A stretch of DNA of 63,816 nt, filler included, from an uncultured Chlamydiae bacterium (lineage in GTDB: Bacteria > Chlamydiota > Chlamydiia > Chlamydiales > SM23-39), in assembly GCA_937899275.1 (NCBI GenBank). It is 6 parts of 6 records of this genome, joined end to end, with 100 filler letters (N's around TTAATTAATTAA, not from the genome) between each part and the next. Parts side by side here need not be neighbours in the genome. Positions count along the whole stretch, not along the records: positions 10,294 to 35,443 come from CALBPE010000093.1; positions 35,544 to 61,011 come from CALBPE010000094.1; 4 more parts are not named here. One strand, given 5' to 3'. The notes beneath the pieces were generated by a model. The model searched no databases. It was not told the DNA's origin and was given only the letters and a program-made list of their open reading frames with translations. Shown one piece after another: positions 29,907 through 39,660 of this stretch (positions are counted from its first letter, which is position 1; each line of letters starts with the position of its first letter). The translations under genes were made by a program, and so were the position numbers.

Positions 29907-30278
29907 ATGGAAAAGATGCTGATAAAAAGAAATGCGAAGAGAAACTCGAGAACAAAACGCGTGCGTAGAGCTCTCAAAATGAGAGGCTCAAGACCGCGCC
30001 TTTCGATATTGAAAACGAATAAACACCTTTTTGCGCAATTGATCGACGATGATAAAGGCGTATCCCTTTTAGGTCTTGGAACTCGATCAAAAGCACTTCG
30101 CGAAATAGAGCTTGGACAAAAATCTAAAGCGTCTGCTGAGAAAATCGGAGAGCTTCTCGCGGCGAAAGCAAAGGCGCAAGGTATAGAAAAGGTCTACTTT
30201 GATCGAGGCCCTTATAAGTACCACGGTATTGTATCAATCCTTGCTGAAGCAGCAAGAAAACATGGTTTAATATTTTAA
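29907..30278 (+). CDS. rplR: 50S ribosomal protein L18
   Basis: RPRLS, AQLIDD, FDRGPYKYHG. Confidence 0.97.
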   Translation: MEKMLIKRNAKRNSRTKRVRRALKMRGSRPRLSILKTNKHLFAQLIDDDKGVSLLGLGTRSKALREIELGQKSKASAEKIGELLAAKAKAQGIEKVYFDRGPYKYHGIVSILAEAARKHGLIF

Positions 30279-30290
30279 TTAGGATCCCAC

Positions 30291-30788
30291 ATGCCAAAAA
30301 AAGAAGACGCAAAGACAGATGAATTTGAAGAAAAAGTTCTCTACATCAACCGCTGTTCAAAGGTGGTAAAAGGAGGAAGAAAGTTCAGCTTTTCCGCCTT
30401 AATTCTTGTAGGGGATCGTAAGGGGAAAATCGGTTTTGGCTTCGCAAAAGCAAATGAAGTGTCTGATGCAATACGCAAAGGATCGCAAGCTGCAAGAAAA
30501 AATACTTTTTCTTTTGAGATGGAGGGAACAACTATTCCGCATGAAGTACTTGTCGATTGGGATGGTGTAAAACTGCTTTTACGACCAGCTCCTGAAGGAA
30601 CAGGTGTAGTTGCTGGATCACAAGTCCGTTCCGTATTAGAAATGGCAGGTATTCCAGACGTAGTCTCTAAAAGCTTAGGCGCCAATAATCCGATCAACTT
30701 AGTCCGCGCTACAGTAAAAGGACTGAAGATGCTTAGAAATAGAAAGAAATCGTTAGAAACGCGAGGAGTCAGTCATGCCGTTGCATAA
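30291..30788 (+). CDS. rpsE: 30S ribosomal protein S5
   Basis: KVVKGGRKFSF, PAPEGTGVVAG. Confidence 0.98.
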   Translation: MPKKEDAKTDEFEEKVLYINRCSKVVKGGRKFSFSALILVGDRKGKIGFGFAKANEVSDAIRKGSQAARKNTFSFEMEGTTIPHEVLVDWDGVKLLLRPAPEGTGVVAGSQVRSVLEMAGIPDVVSKSLGANNPINLVRATVKGLKMLRNRKKSLETRGVSHAVA

Positions 30789-31224
30789 ACTGAAAAATAC
30801 AACCCGTCCAACCAAAAAAGTTCAACGAGTAGGTCGAGGCCCTGGTTCAAAAAGAGGCAAGACTTCTTGCCGAGGACAAAAAGGTGATGGATCTCGCTCT
30901 GGTTATAAAAGGCGTTACGGCTACGAAGGTGGCGGCGTGCCTTTGCACCGAAGATTGCCTATTCGTGGATTTACAAGAGGCCGCTTTTTCAAACCTCGTT
31001 TATCAATCAATCTAGATTTCATTGAAAAATTTTATGATGATGGCGAAACTGTCTCTATTGATACTTTGTATCAAAAAGGTCTTGCCCCAAGAAACTTATC
31101 TGGTGGTTTAAAGATCCTTTCTCGAGGAGAATTGACAAGGAAAGTACGAATCGAAGCAAACCGCTTTTCTGAAAATGCTGTAAAGAAGCTAGAAGAAAAG
31201 AAAATTGCTTATGAAAAAGTGTAG
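30775..31224 (+). CDS. rplO: 50S ribosomal protein L15
   Basis: RVGRGPGS, EGGGVPLHRRLP. Confidence 0.97.
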   Translation: MPLHKLKNTTRPTKKVQRVGRGPGSKRGKTSCRGQKGDGSRSGYKRRYGYEGGGVPLHRRLPIRGFTRGRFFKPRLSINLDFIEKFYDDGETVSIDTLYQKGLAPRNLSGGLKILSRGELTRKVRIEANRFSENAVKKLEEKKIAYEKV

Positions 31225-31236
31225 GAATAAGTCTTC

Positions 31237-32619
31237 ATGATCGACAGCTTGAAACGCATTTTCAGTGTCCCTGAGTTAAAAGCAAAAATTTTTGTTACCC
31301 TTGTTCTTTTGGCTGTATGCCGGATTGGCTCTTTCGTGCCGATACCGGGAATTAACGTAGATATGGCGGTCAAAGTATTCCAGCAAGCAACAGGTGGTTT
31401 GCAAAATCTATTTCAACTGGTCGACATGTTTTCTGGAGGCGCCTTTGCCCAGATGACAATTCTTGCTTTAGGGCTTGTTCCTTACATCACCGCATCGATT
31501 ATGATGCAGCTTTTAGTCGTGGTGATTCCCTCTTTACAAAGAGAGATGCAGGAAAGTAGCGATCATGGTAGACGCAAAATGGCTAAATGGACAAAGACCG
31601 CTACTCTACTTATCGCTCTGGTTCATTCCGGGCTTTTAGGCAAGTACGCTCTTTCAATGGATCTATCTTATCCTGGAATCATTGTACCAGAAATGCTCCA
31701 CCTAACGCTATTTGGTTTTCCTTGGCTTTTTATGCTTACATTCATGACCACGATGACTACAGGCACCCTCTTTCTTATGTGGATCGGCGAGCAGATTTCA
31801 GAAAAAGGTATTGGAAATGGTGTGAGCTTGATCATCACTGTTGGTATTTTATCTTCCTTTCCAACAACCTTAGGCTCGATTATTCATCAGCTAAACTTGG
31901 AGTCTCAAGGCCCTGGAAGTCTATCGCTATTTTCTTTGATCATTTTATGCTCTTTATTTGTTTTTGTAACGATTGCTACCATTTTAATGATTCAAGGACA
32001 AAGGCGGATCCCTTTGCAGCATGCTAGACGTATTGTAGGAAGAAGGGAAGTGCAAGGTTCTAGTTCGTACATTCCGCTAAAAGTCAATTATGCAGGCGTT
32101 ATGCCGGTGATTTTCGCCTCTTCTTTTTTGATGTTTGCGGCAACTATTGGAAGGCTGCTTGGAGATGGACCTTTTTTAGATGCGATCTCAGGAGCTCTAG
32201 CCCCAGGCAATCTCTTATATATGTTGATCTTTGTGGGAATGATCATTTTTTTCACCTATTTTTGGACAGCAACCCAGTTTAAGCCAGATCAAATTGCATC
32301 GGACATGAAGAAAAACGGAGCCTTTATTCCTGGCGTAAGGCAGGGGAAGCCGACCCAAGACTTTTTGGAGAAAACTATGAGCCGCATTACTTTTGCGGGC
32401 GCGATTTTTCTTGCCTTTATAGCAATACTTCCCGGCTTAGTAGAAAAGTTTTTATACATAGACGCCTCACTTTACCGTTTTTTTGGCGGCACTTCACTCT
32501 TGATTTTAGTTGGGGTGATTTTAGATACAACAAAACAAGTGGAATCCCATCTTCTGATGAAGCGCTATGATGGATTTATGAAGAAGGGTAAGGCAAAAAA
32601 AACAAAAAGTCTTTCGTAG
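31237..32619 (+). CDS. secY: Preprotein translocase SecY
   Basis: LGLVPYITASI, GIGNGVSL, FIPGVRQG, GGTSLLI. Confidence 0.98.
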   Translation: MIDSLKRIFSVPELKAKIFVTLVLLAVCRIGSFVPIPGINVDMAVKVFQQATGGLQNLFQLVDMFSGGAFAQMTILALGLVPYITASIMMQLLVVVIPSLQREMQESSDHGRRKMAKWTKTATLLIALVHSGLLGKYALSMDLSYPGIIVPEMLHLTLFGFPWLFMLTFMTTMTTGTLFLMWIGEQISEKGIGNGVSLIITVGILSSFPTTLGSIIHQLNLESQGPGSLSLFSLIILCSLFVFVTIATILMIQGQRRIPLQHARRIVGRREVQGSSSYIPLKVNYAGVMPVIFASSFLMFAATIGRLLGDGPFLDAISGALAPGNLLYMLIFVGMIIFFTYFWTATQFKPDQIASDMKKNGAFIPGVRQGKPTQDFLEKTMSRITFAGAIFLAFIAILPGLVEKFLYIDASLYRFFGGTSLLILVGVILDTTKQVESHLLMKRYDGFMKKGKAKKTKSLS

Positions 32620-32703
32620 ATATAGGGATCTATACCAAAGATTTTTAACTATGGTTTTTATTGAAGAAATTTGCTAATTTTATTGTGAAAAAAAGGAAAT
32701 ATA

Positions 32704-33072
32704 ATGCCTAGAATTATAGGAATTGACATACCAGACAAGAAAAGACTGCTAATCAGTTTACAGTCGATTTATGGGATTGGCCAAACTCTTGCTGTAGAGC
32801 TTATTGAAAAGCTTAAGCTAGATCCGAATATGCAAGCACAAGATTTGACAGAAAGCGATATTGCGCGCTTGAACAAAACACTGCAATCAGAATACGTGGT
32901 AGAAGGTGATCTTAGAAGACAAGTAAGAAACGATATTACTCGCTTGATATCTATCGGCTCTTATAGGGGCAGACGCCACAAGGCGGGCCTTCCTGTTCGA
33001 GGTCAACGTACACAGAAAAATGCACGTACGCGGAAAGGGAAAAGAAAAACCGTCGCGAACAAGAAAATATAA
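32704..33072 (+). CDS. rpsM: 30S ribosomal protein S13
   Basis: IYGIG, GLPVRGQRT. Confidence 0.98.
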   Translation: MPRIIGIDIPDKKRLLISLQSIYGIGQTLAVELIEKLKLDPNMQAQDLTESDIARLNKTLQSEYVVEGDLRRQVRNDITRLISIGSYRGRRHKAGLPVRGQRTQKNARTRKGKRKTVANKKI

Positions 33073-33083
33073 GGAGATGAAGG

Positions 33084-33518
33084 GTGTCTAAGGAAAAAAC
33101 GGCAAAAAAACCCGCAAAAATGGCTGGAGCAAAAAAAGCCCCTGTGAAAACAAAGAAAAAAGCTCATCGCAATGTGCCCACAGGTATTGTACATGTAAAA
33201 GCGACTTTTAATAATACCATCATTACGATTACAGACCCTGCTGGTAATGTCATAGTGTGGTCTTCTGCCGGTAAGAATAACTTTTCTGGATCGAAGAAAT
33301 CTTCAGCATTTGCAGCAACAGTAGCTGCACAAAATGCCGCTAAAGCAGCGCAAGCTATGGGCTTGAAAGAATGTGAAGTAAACTTAAAAGGAGCAGGACT
33401 AGGTAGAGAATCTGCCGTTCGCGGCGTTTTAAGCGCGGGACTCTATATTACCATTGTTCGCGATAAAACTCCTGTGCCACATAACGGCTGTCGTCCCCGT
33501 AAAAGAAGACGCGTGTAA
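33084..33518 (+). CDS. rpsK: 30S ribosomal protein S11
   Basis: ATFNNTI, TPVPHNGCRP; GTG start. Confidence 0.98.
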   Translation: MSKEKTAKKPAKMAGAKKAPVKTKKKAHRNVPTGIVHVKATFNNTIITITDPAGNVIVWSSAGKNNFSGSKKSSAFAATVAAQNAAKAAQAMGLKECEVNLKGAGLGRESAVRGVLSAGLYITIVRDKTPVPHNGCRPRKRRRV

Positions 33519-33545
33519 CCATTTTTTAGAGGAATAGAGGACAAT

Positions 33546-34637
33546 ATGGCTGTAAAGTACGGCAAATTTGAAATGCCAGAATCGATTAAAGTAGACGAAG
33601 CAACAAGATCAAAAACCTTCTCTCGGTTTGTAGTCAAACCGTTTGGAAAGGGATTCGGTCATAGTATCGGTAACTCCTTACGCAGAATTATGCATACGGC
33701 ACTAGAAGCGCCTGCAGTTATTTCATTTCGCTTAGAGGGTGTATCCCACGAGTATACGGCGGTCGAAGGTATCATAGAAGATATGACCAAAATCATTTTA
33801 AATCTTAAAGGAGCTCTTCTTCGCTATCTTCCAGATGTAGAAGAGGCGACTAAGCCGTTTTATTCTCTATCTACTATTTTAGAAATTACCCCAGAAAAAC
33901 TGCAATCAGGTGGCGGGCAATACCAAGTCACATTAAAAGATATCATCGGCCCTTCCCTTTTCGAACTAGTCAATCCTGACATGCCTGTATTTACCGCAAC
34001 AAAAGAGATGAGCCGAAAAGTTGATCTAAAAGTTGCTATCGGAAGAGGTTATGTTCCTGCGGATAGGCATGTAGTTGAAAGACAAATCGATGAAATTGTG
34101 ATCGATTCTGCTTTTTCTCCTGTGCGTTTAGTCAACTACTACGTAGAAAATACCCGCGTTGGTCAAGATACCGACTTCGATCAATTGATTTTCGAAATCA
34201 CAACCGATGGACGGGTAACTCCAGAAGAAGCGCTTTCTTTTGCAGCGCAAATTGGTATACAACATTTTTCTGTGTTTGATCACATCAAACCTTGCTCGAT
34301 TTCGTTTGAAGAAGGAGAGCTTGAAACCAATAAAGATCGCGATGAAATCATGTCGAAACTAGCTTTGAAAATTGGTGAAATTGAACTTTCTGTTCGTTCA
34401 ACCAATTGCCTGCAAAGTGCCGATATCAACACGATCGGAGAACTTGTGACTATGTTCGAATATGAAATGTTAAAGTTCCGTAACTTTGGCAAAAAATCTC
34501 TTACCGAAATCAAGCAAAAACTCGATGAGATGGGTCTACATTTAGGTATGGATCTTGCAAAATACGGAATTACAAGAGACAATATCAAAACTATGATTAT
34601 AGAATATTTAGAGGAACAAGCGGGAGCTGAAGCATGA
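33546..34637 (+). CDS. rpoA: RNA polymerase alpha subunit
   Basis: GFGHSIGNSLRR, IDSAFSPV, LSVRSTNCL, NFGKKSL. Confidence 0.98.
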   Translation: MAVKYGKFEMPESIKVDEATRSKTFSRFVVKPFGKGFGHSIGNSLRRIMHTALEAPAVISFRLEGVSHEYTAVEGIIEDMTKIILNLKGALLRYLPDVEEATKPFYSLSTILEITPEKLQSGGGQYQVTLKDIIGPSLFELVNPDMPVFTATKEMSRKVDLKVAIGRGYVPADRHVVERQIDEIVIDSAFSPVRLVNYYVENTRVGQDTDFDQLIFEITTDGRVTPEEALSFAAQIGIQHFSVFDHIKPCSISFEEGELETNKDRDEIMSKLALKIGEIELSVRSTNCLQSADINTIGELVTMFEYEMLKFRNFGKKSLTEIKQKLDEMGLHLGMDLAKYGITRDNIKTMIIEYLEEQAGAEA

Positions 34638-35056
34638 GACACGCAAAACACACCTTTAAAATTGGGCGAACAGGTTCCCACCGAAGAGCATTGATTGCAA
34701 ACTTGCTAAAAAGTTTGATCATCCATGGCCGCGTAGAAACGACATTGGCGAAAGCAAAAGAGTTAAGACGCCATGCAGATCATATGGTGACTCTAGGTAA
34801 AGAAGCATCTTTGCATGCAAGACGTCAAGTGACTGCTAAGTTGGGTATCCGTTATAATACACTAACTAGAAAAGAGCAGAAACAAGCAAAAGAAGGCAAT
34901 ACTAAAGCCTACAATGCAGATCGCAAAGTGCTCCCTATCTTATTTGATGAACTGGCAAAGAAGTATCAAGATCGACAAGGCGGCTATACACGCATCATAC
35001 GTATTGGCGCGCGCGTAGGAGATGCCGCCGAAATGGCTCTCATCGAGTACATATAA
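34634..35056 (+). CDS. rplQ: 50S ribosomal protein L17
   Basis: TTLAKAKELR, RQGGYTRI; chlamydial-type internal insertion. Confidence 0.97.
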   Translation: MRHAKHTFKIGRTGSHRRALIANLLKSLIIHGRVETTLAKAKELRRHADHMVTLGKEASLHARRQVTAKLGIRYNTLTRKEQKQAKEGNTKAYNADRKVLPILFDELAKKYQDRQGGYTRIIRIGARVGDAAEMALIEYI

Positions 35057-35129
35057 AAAGGCTTTTTCTTGTTAGAGCAAGCTTTACAGCCTAACAACTC
35101 TTCTATATAGTGAAAATAGTGAAGAGTAG

Positions 35130-35443
<314 letters not shown>

Positions 35444-35543
35444 NNNNNNNNNNNNNNNNNNNNNNNNNNNNNNNNNNNNNNNNNNNNTTAATTAATTAAN
35501 NNNNNNNNNNNNNNNNNNNNNNNNNNNNNNNNNNNNNNNNNNN
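35444..35543. other. Artificial contig linker
   Basis: N44-TTAATTAATTAA-N44. Confidence 0.99.
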
Positions 35544-35548
35544 TCTAT

Positions 35549-36340
35549 ATGGGGCTGTTTCCAGGTGTTGAAGAAAGCCCTTCAGACTTCACCGCCCGTG
35601 TGGAAAGCTCCCTTTCTACAGTAGACTGGTTGCAGGAAAAGGGCGCATCTCTTCCTTTTTCTATCGAAAAAAAAGTGCCTTACTATGACTGGAATTATGT
35701 AAACTCTTCTTTACGGGAAGCTTTTGATGTGCGTATTGAGCCGTTAGATGCCTATTATAGCGGGAAAAGCCTTTTGCTTTGGCACGGGGGCATGACCTGG
35801 ATTTTTGATGATGGAAAAACGCATTCGAGGTGCGTTATTCAGGTGAAACCGGGAAAAAATGCTATGGAAGCTCTTTTGCATGAAGCTATTCATGCGATCC
35901 GGCTGCCTTTAAAAAGCGTCGTTTATGAAGAAATTTTTGCTTATATGCCGGCAAGAAGTTGGTTAAGGCGCGCATTTGGCCCTCTATTTACCAAATCTTT
36001 TGAGCCGGCGGTATTTCTTTTTTTGTACGCCGTGGGGTTATTTGGGCCCTTGTTTTATTCTGGTTTTTTTTCGACGGCTGCTCTCTTAGGAGCGCACAGC
36101 TTTTTGGCATACTTGCTATTTCGGTTGTTTTTTCGCCGTCATAAATGGCAAAAAGCCTATAAAAAAGCAGAACAAATGATGGGAAATCGGAAAAAAGCGC
36201 GCTACCTACTTTTTCGATTGACCGATGAAGAAATTAACTTTTTTGCAAAAACCTCCTTGTCTAAACTAAAGAAATGGATAGAAGAAAAAAAAGCAGCCGA
36301 TCTTCGCTGGAGACAAATTTATCAGGGGTATTTTTCATGA
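35549..36340 (+). CDS. Hypothetical membrane protein with HExxH zincin-like motif (possibly 5'-truncated)
   Basis: LLHEAIHAIR...YEEIFAY followed by two TM segments. Confidence 0.7.
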   Translation: MGLFPGVEESPSDFTARVESSLSTVDWLQEKGASLPFSIEKKVPYYDWNYVNSSLREAFDVRIEPLDAYYSGKSLLLWHGGMTWIFDDGKTHSRCVIQVKPGKNAMEALLHEAIHAIRLPLKSVVYEEIFAYMPARSWLRRAFGPLFTKSFEPAVFLFLYAVGLFGPLFYSGFFSTAALLGAHSFLAYLLFRLFFRRHKWQKAYKKAEQMMGNRKKARYLLFRLTDEEINFFAKTSLSKLKKWIEEKKAADLRWRQIYQGYFS

Positions 36341-36353
36341 GGCAGATCTGTAT

Positions 36354-37307
36354 ATGACCCAGCTTATCTCTTGCTCTTTAAACGATTTTGATGAGGTAAA
36401 GATGCGGCCAGAAAAGGCGCGTCCTTTCTGCCAGGCATTAGAAAAAGGAGATATCCTATTTTTTTCTGATCTACCGTTTTCCCTTCCAAAAGAGCATCAA
36501 GATTTTCTACTCGCGCAAAAGCAAACCGCAAATGCCCATAGGAAAAATATCGCTTATAAGCCTCATAAAGACCTTTTGACCAATTTTGTTCGTGCAGATG
36601 TATCAAAACAAGACCGGCAAATGTTTTTACATATCATGCGCAGCTTTAGCTATGAAGTGGAACGGTTTTTAGGCAGTTTTTTATCACCATACCAATCGGG
36701 GCTCCGTTTAGATTACGCAAGTTTTCGGCCAATTGAAGAAAAGGGAAGGAACTTACGAAGGCGCGCAAGAAACGATCTTTTGCATATGGATGCATTTTCG
36801 TCTAGACCTGTGCATGGCAATAGGATTTTGCGCTGCTATGTCAATATCCATCCAGAAAAACCGCGTAAATGGATCACAGCAGAGCGTTTTGGGGAGATCA
36901 TTTCCCTTTACCGCGATGCGCCGATTTGCCTTAGCTTACAAAAGCGCACCTCAAATCAAAAAAGGATTTTTAGAGAGATGAAAAGATGGGCAAGGCAATT
37001 AGGTCTTCCTCTCACTCTTCGCTCTACTTATGATGAGTTCATGCTCCGATTACACCATTTGATGAAAGAAGATGAGTCCTACCAAAAAAATAGTCCCAAA
37101 CAGTACTGGAGTTTTCCACCTGGATCGTGTTGGATTGTATTTACCGATGGTATTGCCAATGCTACAATTGAGGGAAGGTATGCGTTAGAACAGACGTGCA
37201 TCATCTCTCAAGAAGCGCTGATTGATCCAAAAAGTTCTCCTCTAGCGATCTTAGAAGCATTTTCTAATCAATCGCTTGTAACAAGCGCTTTTACTCGATT
37301 TCGGTAA
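36354..37307 (+). CDS. Kdo hydroxylase (KdoO) family protein
   Basis: LEKGDILFF, KNIAYKP, ASFRPIEE, NDLLHMDAFSSRP.HGNRILR.YVNIHP, YDEFML.LH..MKEDE.YQ, FPPGSCW..FTD, G.YALEQT. Confidence 0.85.
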   Translation: MTQLISCSLNDFDEVKMRPEKARPFCQALEKGDILFFSDLPFSLPKEHQDFLLAQKQTANAHRKNIAYKPHKDLLTNFVRADVSKQDRQMFLHIMRSFSYEVERFLGSFLSPYQSGLRLDYASFRPIEEKGRNLRRRARNDLLHMDAFSSRPVHGNRILRCYVNIHPEKPRKWITAERFGEIISLYRDAPICLSLQKRTSNQKRIFREMKRWARQLGLPLTLRSTYDEFMLRLHHLMKEDESYQKNSPKQYWSFPPGSCWIVFTDGIANATIEGRYALEQTCIISQEALIDPKSSPLAILEAFSNQSLVTSAFTRFR

Positions 37308-38526
37308 AGTCGGTTTTTCTAAGAGCCTTCTTATAAAAGCCCATCCTTTTTCTATATTTTGCAACCGTTCTTCGAGATATATAACACCCTTTTTCTGCTA
37401 ATTTGATAGCGAGTTGTTGATCAGAAAGTGGCTGGGTATCAGGCTCATTTTGTATAGATTGTTTAATGGCATTTTCAATAAAGTCTCTTGAGTATCCGCT
37501 GCACTCTTTAGAAAAAAACGATAGTAAGGAAAAAAGCCTACCCTCAAAAGAGAGCGTTTTTTTTGCTGCAGTTCTTCGAAGCTGCATTTCAGGTATCGAT
37601 AGCGCGCTTGCTGCTTGTTTGATGCTTAAAGGCTTTAAAGGCTCATTTTGCAAGAAAAATCCCTTCTGATGTTGGTAGATTAAAGCCGTTAACTTACGCA
37701 GTGTAAAGCGCCTTTTATCGAGCTGTTTTTCTAATAAATAGGCTTTTTTTTCAAACAGTAAATAAGTTTTATATCCCTTGCTATTTTGCGTTATCAAGCA
37801 AGGCGCATTTCTATACAGTTTAGGAAAAAAAGGATCAACTGCAATGGATCCCATTTCATCGACTACTATTTCAGGGGCTTTTTGCGCTATGGAGACTACG
37901 TCCTTTTGAAAAAGTCCTCTAGGATTTGTGTAAAGAGGCTTTACATGCCGGTATAGGTCGAGATGCATCTCTTGTATGCTAAAAGAAATCTTTTTTTCTA
38001 TTGAAGAAAACTGCTGGCAGAGTACTTGGGAAAAATACTCTTTTATCAGCAGATAGCTTAGAGTATTTGTCTTTTTTTTTGCTTCAAGTTGGGCTAGTAA
38101 ACACTCTTGTAAAGAAGTGGCAAAAACGCCTATAGGATCAAAAAATAAGAGCTCTTTTTGCAAGTCGTTATGCTCGGGGTGCATCTGTAGATATTCTTTT
38201 GGTAAAAAGCCGGTTTCATTTAACTCGGCTAGTAAAGTAATTGCATCTTGTCTTATTTTACCTTTGGGGAATCTCTCTTCGATCTGCCGCAAGATATGTT
38301 CATGAAACTGCAGCTGCGGCTGCGGTATATTGATCGGGGTATGTTGAGAAAAAACGCTCCCTTTTTCTAGGAATAAAAAGGGATTGATCTCTGCTTCTTT
38401 TTCCACAATCTGCAAAAGAGCATCGGAGGGGCTTTCTAAGATCTGGATTTCTTGATGCAAAATAGCGCTAAAGGAAAACGTCATTTTTTGGACGTTTAGC
38501 GCTTTTTGGCGGTATGATAGATCCAA
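37291..38526 (-). CDS. rpoN: RNA polymerase sigma-54 factor (divergent)
   Basis: FDPIGVFATSLQECLLAQL, LKPLSIK, PLSDQQL, RpoN box SRRTVAKYR. Confidence 0.92.
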   Translation of the reverse strand: MDLSYRQKALNVQKMTFSFSAILHQEIQILESPSDALLQIVEKEAEINPFLFLEKGSVFSQHTPINIPQPQLQFHEHILRQIEERFPKGKIRQDAITLLAELNETGFLPKEYLQMHPEHNDLQKELLFFDPIGVFATSLQECLLAQLEAKKKTNTLSYLLIKEYFSQVLCQQFSSIEKKISFSIQEMHLDLYRHVKPLYTNPRGLFQKDVVSIAQKAPEIVVDEMGSIAVDPFFPKLYRNAPCLITQNSKGYKTYLLFEKKAYLLEKQLDKRRFTLRKLTALIYQHQKGFFLQNEPLKPLSIKQAASALSIPEMQLRRTAAKKTLSFEGRLFSLLSFFSKECSGYSRDFIENAIKQSIQNEPDTQPLSDQQLAIKLAEKGCYISRRTVAKYRKRMGFYKKALRKTDFTEIE

Positions 38527-38670
38527 TATTTTCCCCCTCTTGCTGTCTTTGTAGCGTTTTTCTTCTTTTTTTCTCTAGATTTGTGTAGCTTTTTTTAGGG
38601 TTAAATTATGTAATTTTTAGAACGTTTTTCTTAAGGTAGAGAAAGTTACAGGAAAGTAAGGTATAAACAT

Positions 38671-39660
38671 ATGGCGCAAGATAAGAAAAAAAAACGGGTG
38701 GCAATCTTTTGTCATAGAGGGCTTGGAGACGGCGTGGTTTCTTTGGTGCTTCCCAATAACTTTCATCAAAATGGTTGGGATACCGCACTCTACCACGACA
38801 CGATGGTCAACTTGCAGCTTTGGGCTCCTCATTTACCCATCCTTGCCTATCCTGAAGATCGCAAAATTCCCTCTATTATCGAAGAAAACGATTTGATTTT
38901 AGCCTTTCATAATGATACTTGTCCCTTTTTGCATCAGTTGATTCGGTTAGGTAAAGCTAAAAAACCGGGGGATATTCGGGTGTTTTACCCCTACCCCACA
39001 AAAAGGATTTTTACGCAGCCTTACTATGAAGATACCTTTCTCCAACCAGATCTTTCCATCGTGGAAAACTTTTACCGCTTTTGCCGCGATGTCATGGGTC
39101 TAGAAAAAACCACAAGGGCAAATGGTATGAGCGGTTTAGACGGCCTTGTATGGAAAAAGTATCCTAAACGGGTTGTGATGCATGTAGCAAGCTCGCGAGC
39201 ATCGAAAAACTGGCCCATAAAAAAATTTGCTTCGCTGGGAAAAAAGTTGCAGAAAGAGGGATATGAAGTAGCCATCATTTCAGGGACTGCTGAAAAGCAA
39301 GAGCCTTATCTTCCTTTAAGAAAAGAGGGTTTTTCTGTTCCTGTAACAGATACATTGAGCGGTCTTATGGCCTATCTTTATGAATCTTCCTATTTTATCG
39401 GCAATGATTCAGGGCTTGGACATGCAGCCTCTTCTTTTGGACACGACACGGTAACTATTGCAAGAAGGCAAACCGTAGGTAATTTTTGGCGACCTGGGTG
39501 GGCCAATAACCGCTATGTGACTCCTTCGCCCTACATCCCAAATATCTCTGGATTTCGATTTCGAGACCTGTATTGGCAGTCGCTTGTTAGCGTAAGGAAA
39601 GTAGCAAAAGCATTTTCTTCTTTAGCCAGCGCGTCAGCTGAAAGAAGAAAATGGCTCTAG
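38671..39660 (+). CDS. Glycosyltransferase family 9 (heptosyltransferase-like)
   Basis: GLGDGV, HVASSRASKNWP, FIGNDSGLGHAAS. Confidence 0.85.
   Translation: MAQDKKKKRVAIFCHRGLGDGVVSLVLPNNFHQNGWDTALYHDTMVNLQLWAPHLPILAYPEDRKIPSIIEENDLILAFHNDTCPFLHQLIRLGKAKKPGDIRVFYPYPTKRIFTQPYYEDTFLQPDLSIVENFYRFCRDVMGLEKTTRANGMSGLDGLVWKKYPKRVVMHVASSRASKNWPIKKFASLGKKLQKEGYEVAIISGTAEKQEPYLPLRKEGFSVPVTDTLSGLMAYLYESSYFIGNDSGLGHAASSFGHDTVTIARRQTVGNFWRPGWANNRYVTPSPYIPNISGFRFRDLYWQSLVSVRKVAKAFSSLASASAERRKWL

Noticed and set aside
23999..34681. Many 60-146 aa antisense or alternate-frame ORFs inside ribosomal genes, secY and rpoA
   Set aside because: Shadow ORFs of conserved genes with no motifs or SD support.
23063..35056. 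Absence of rpsJ, rpsN, rpmD, adk, rpmJ and rpsD from the S10-spc-alpha cluster
   Set aside because: This is the normal chlamydial arrangement; these genes lie elsewhere or are absent phylum-wide.
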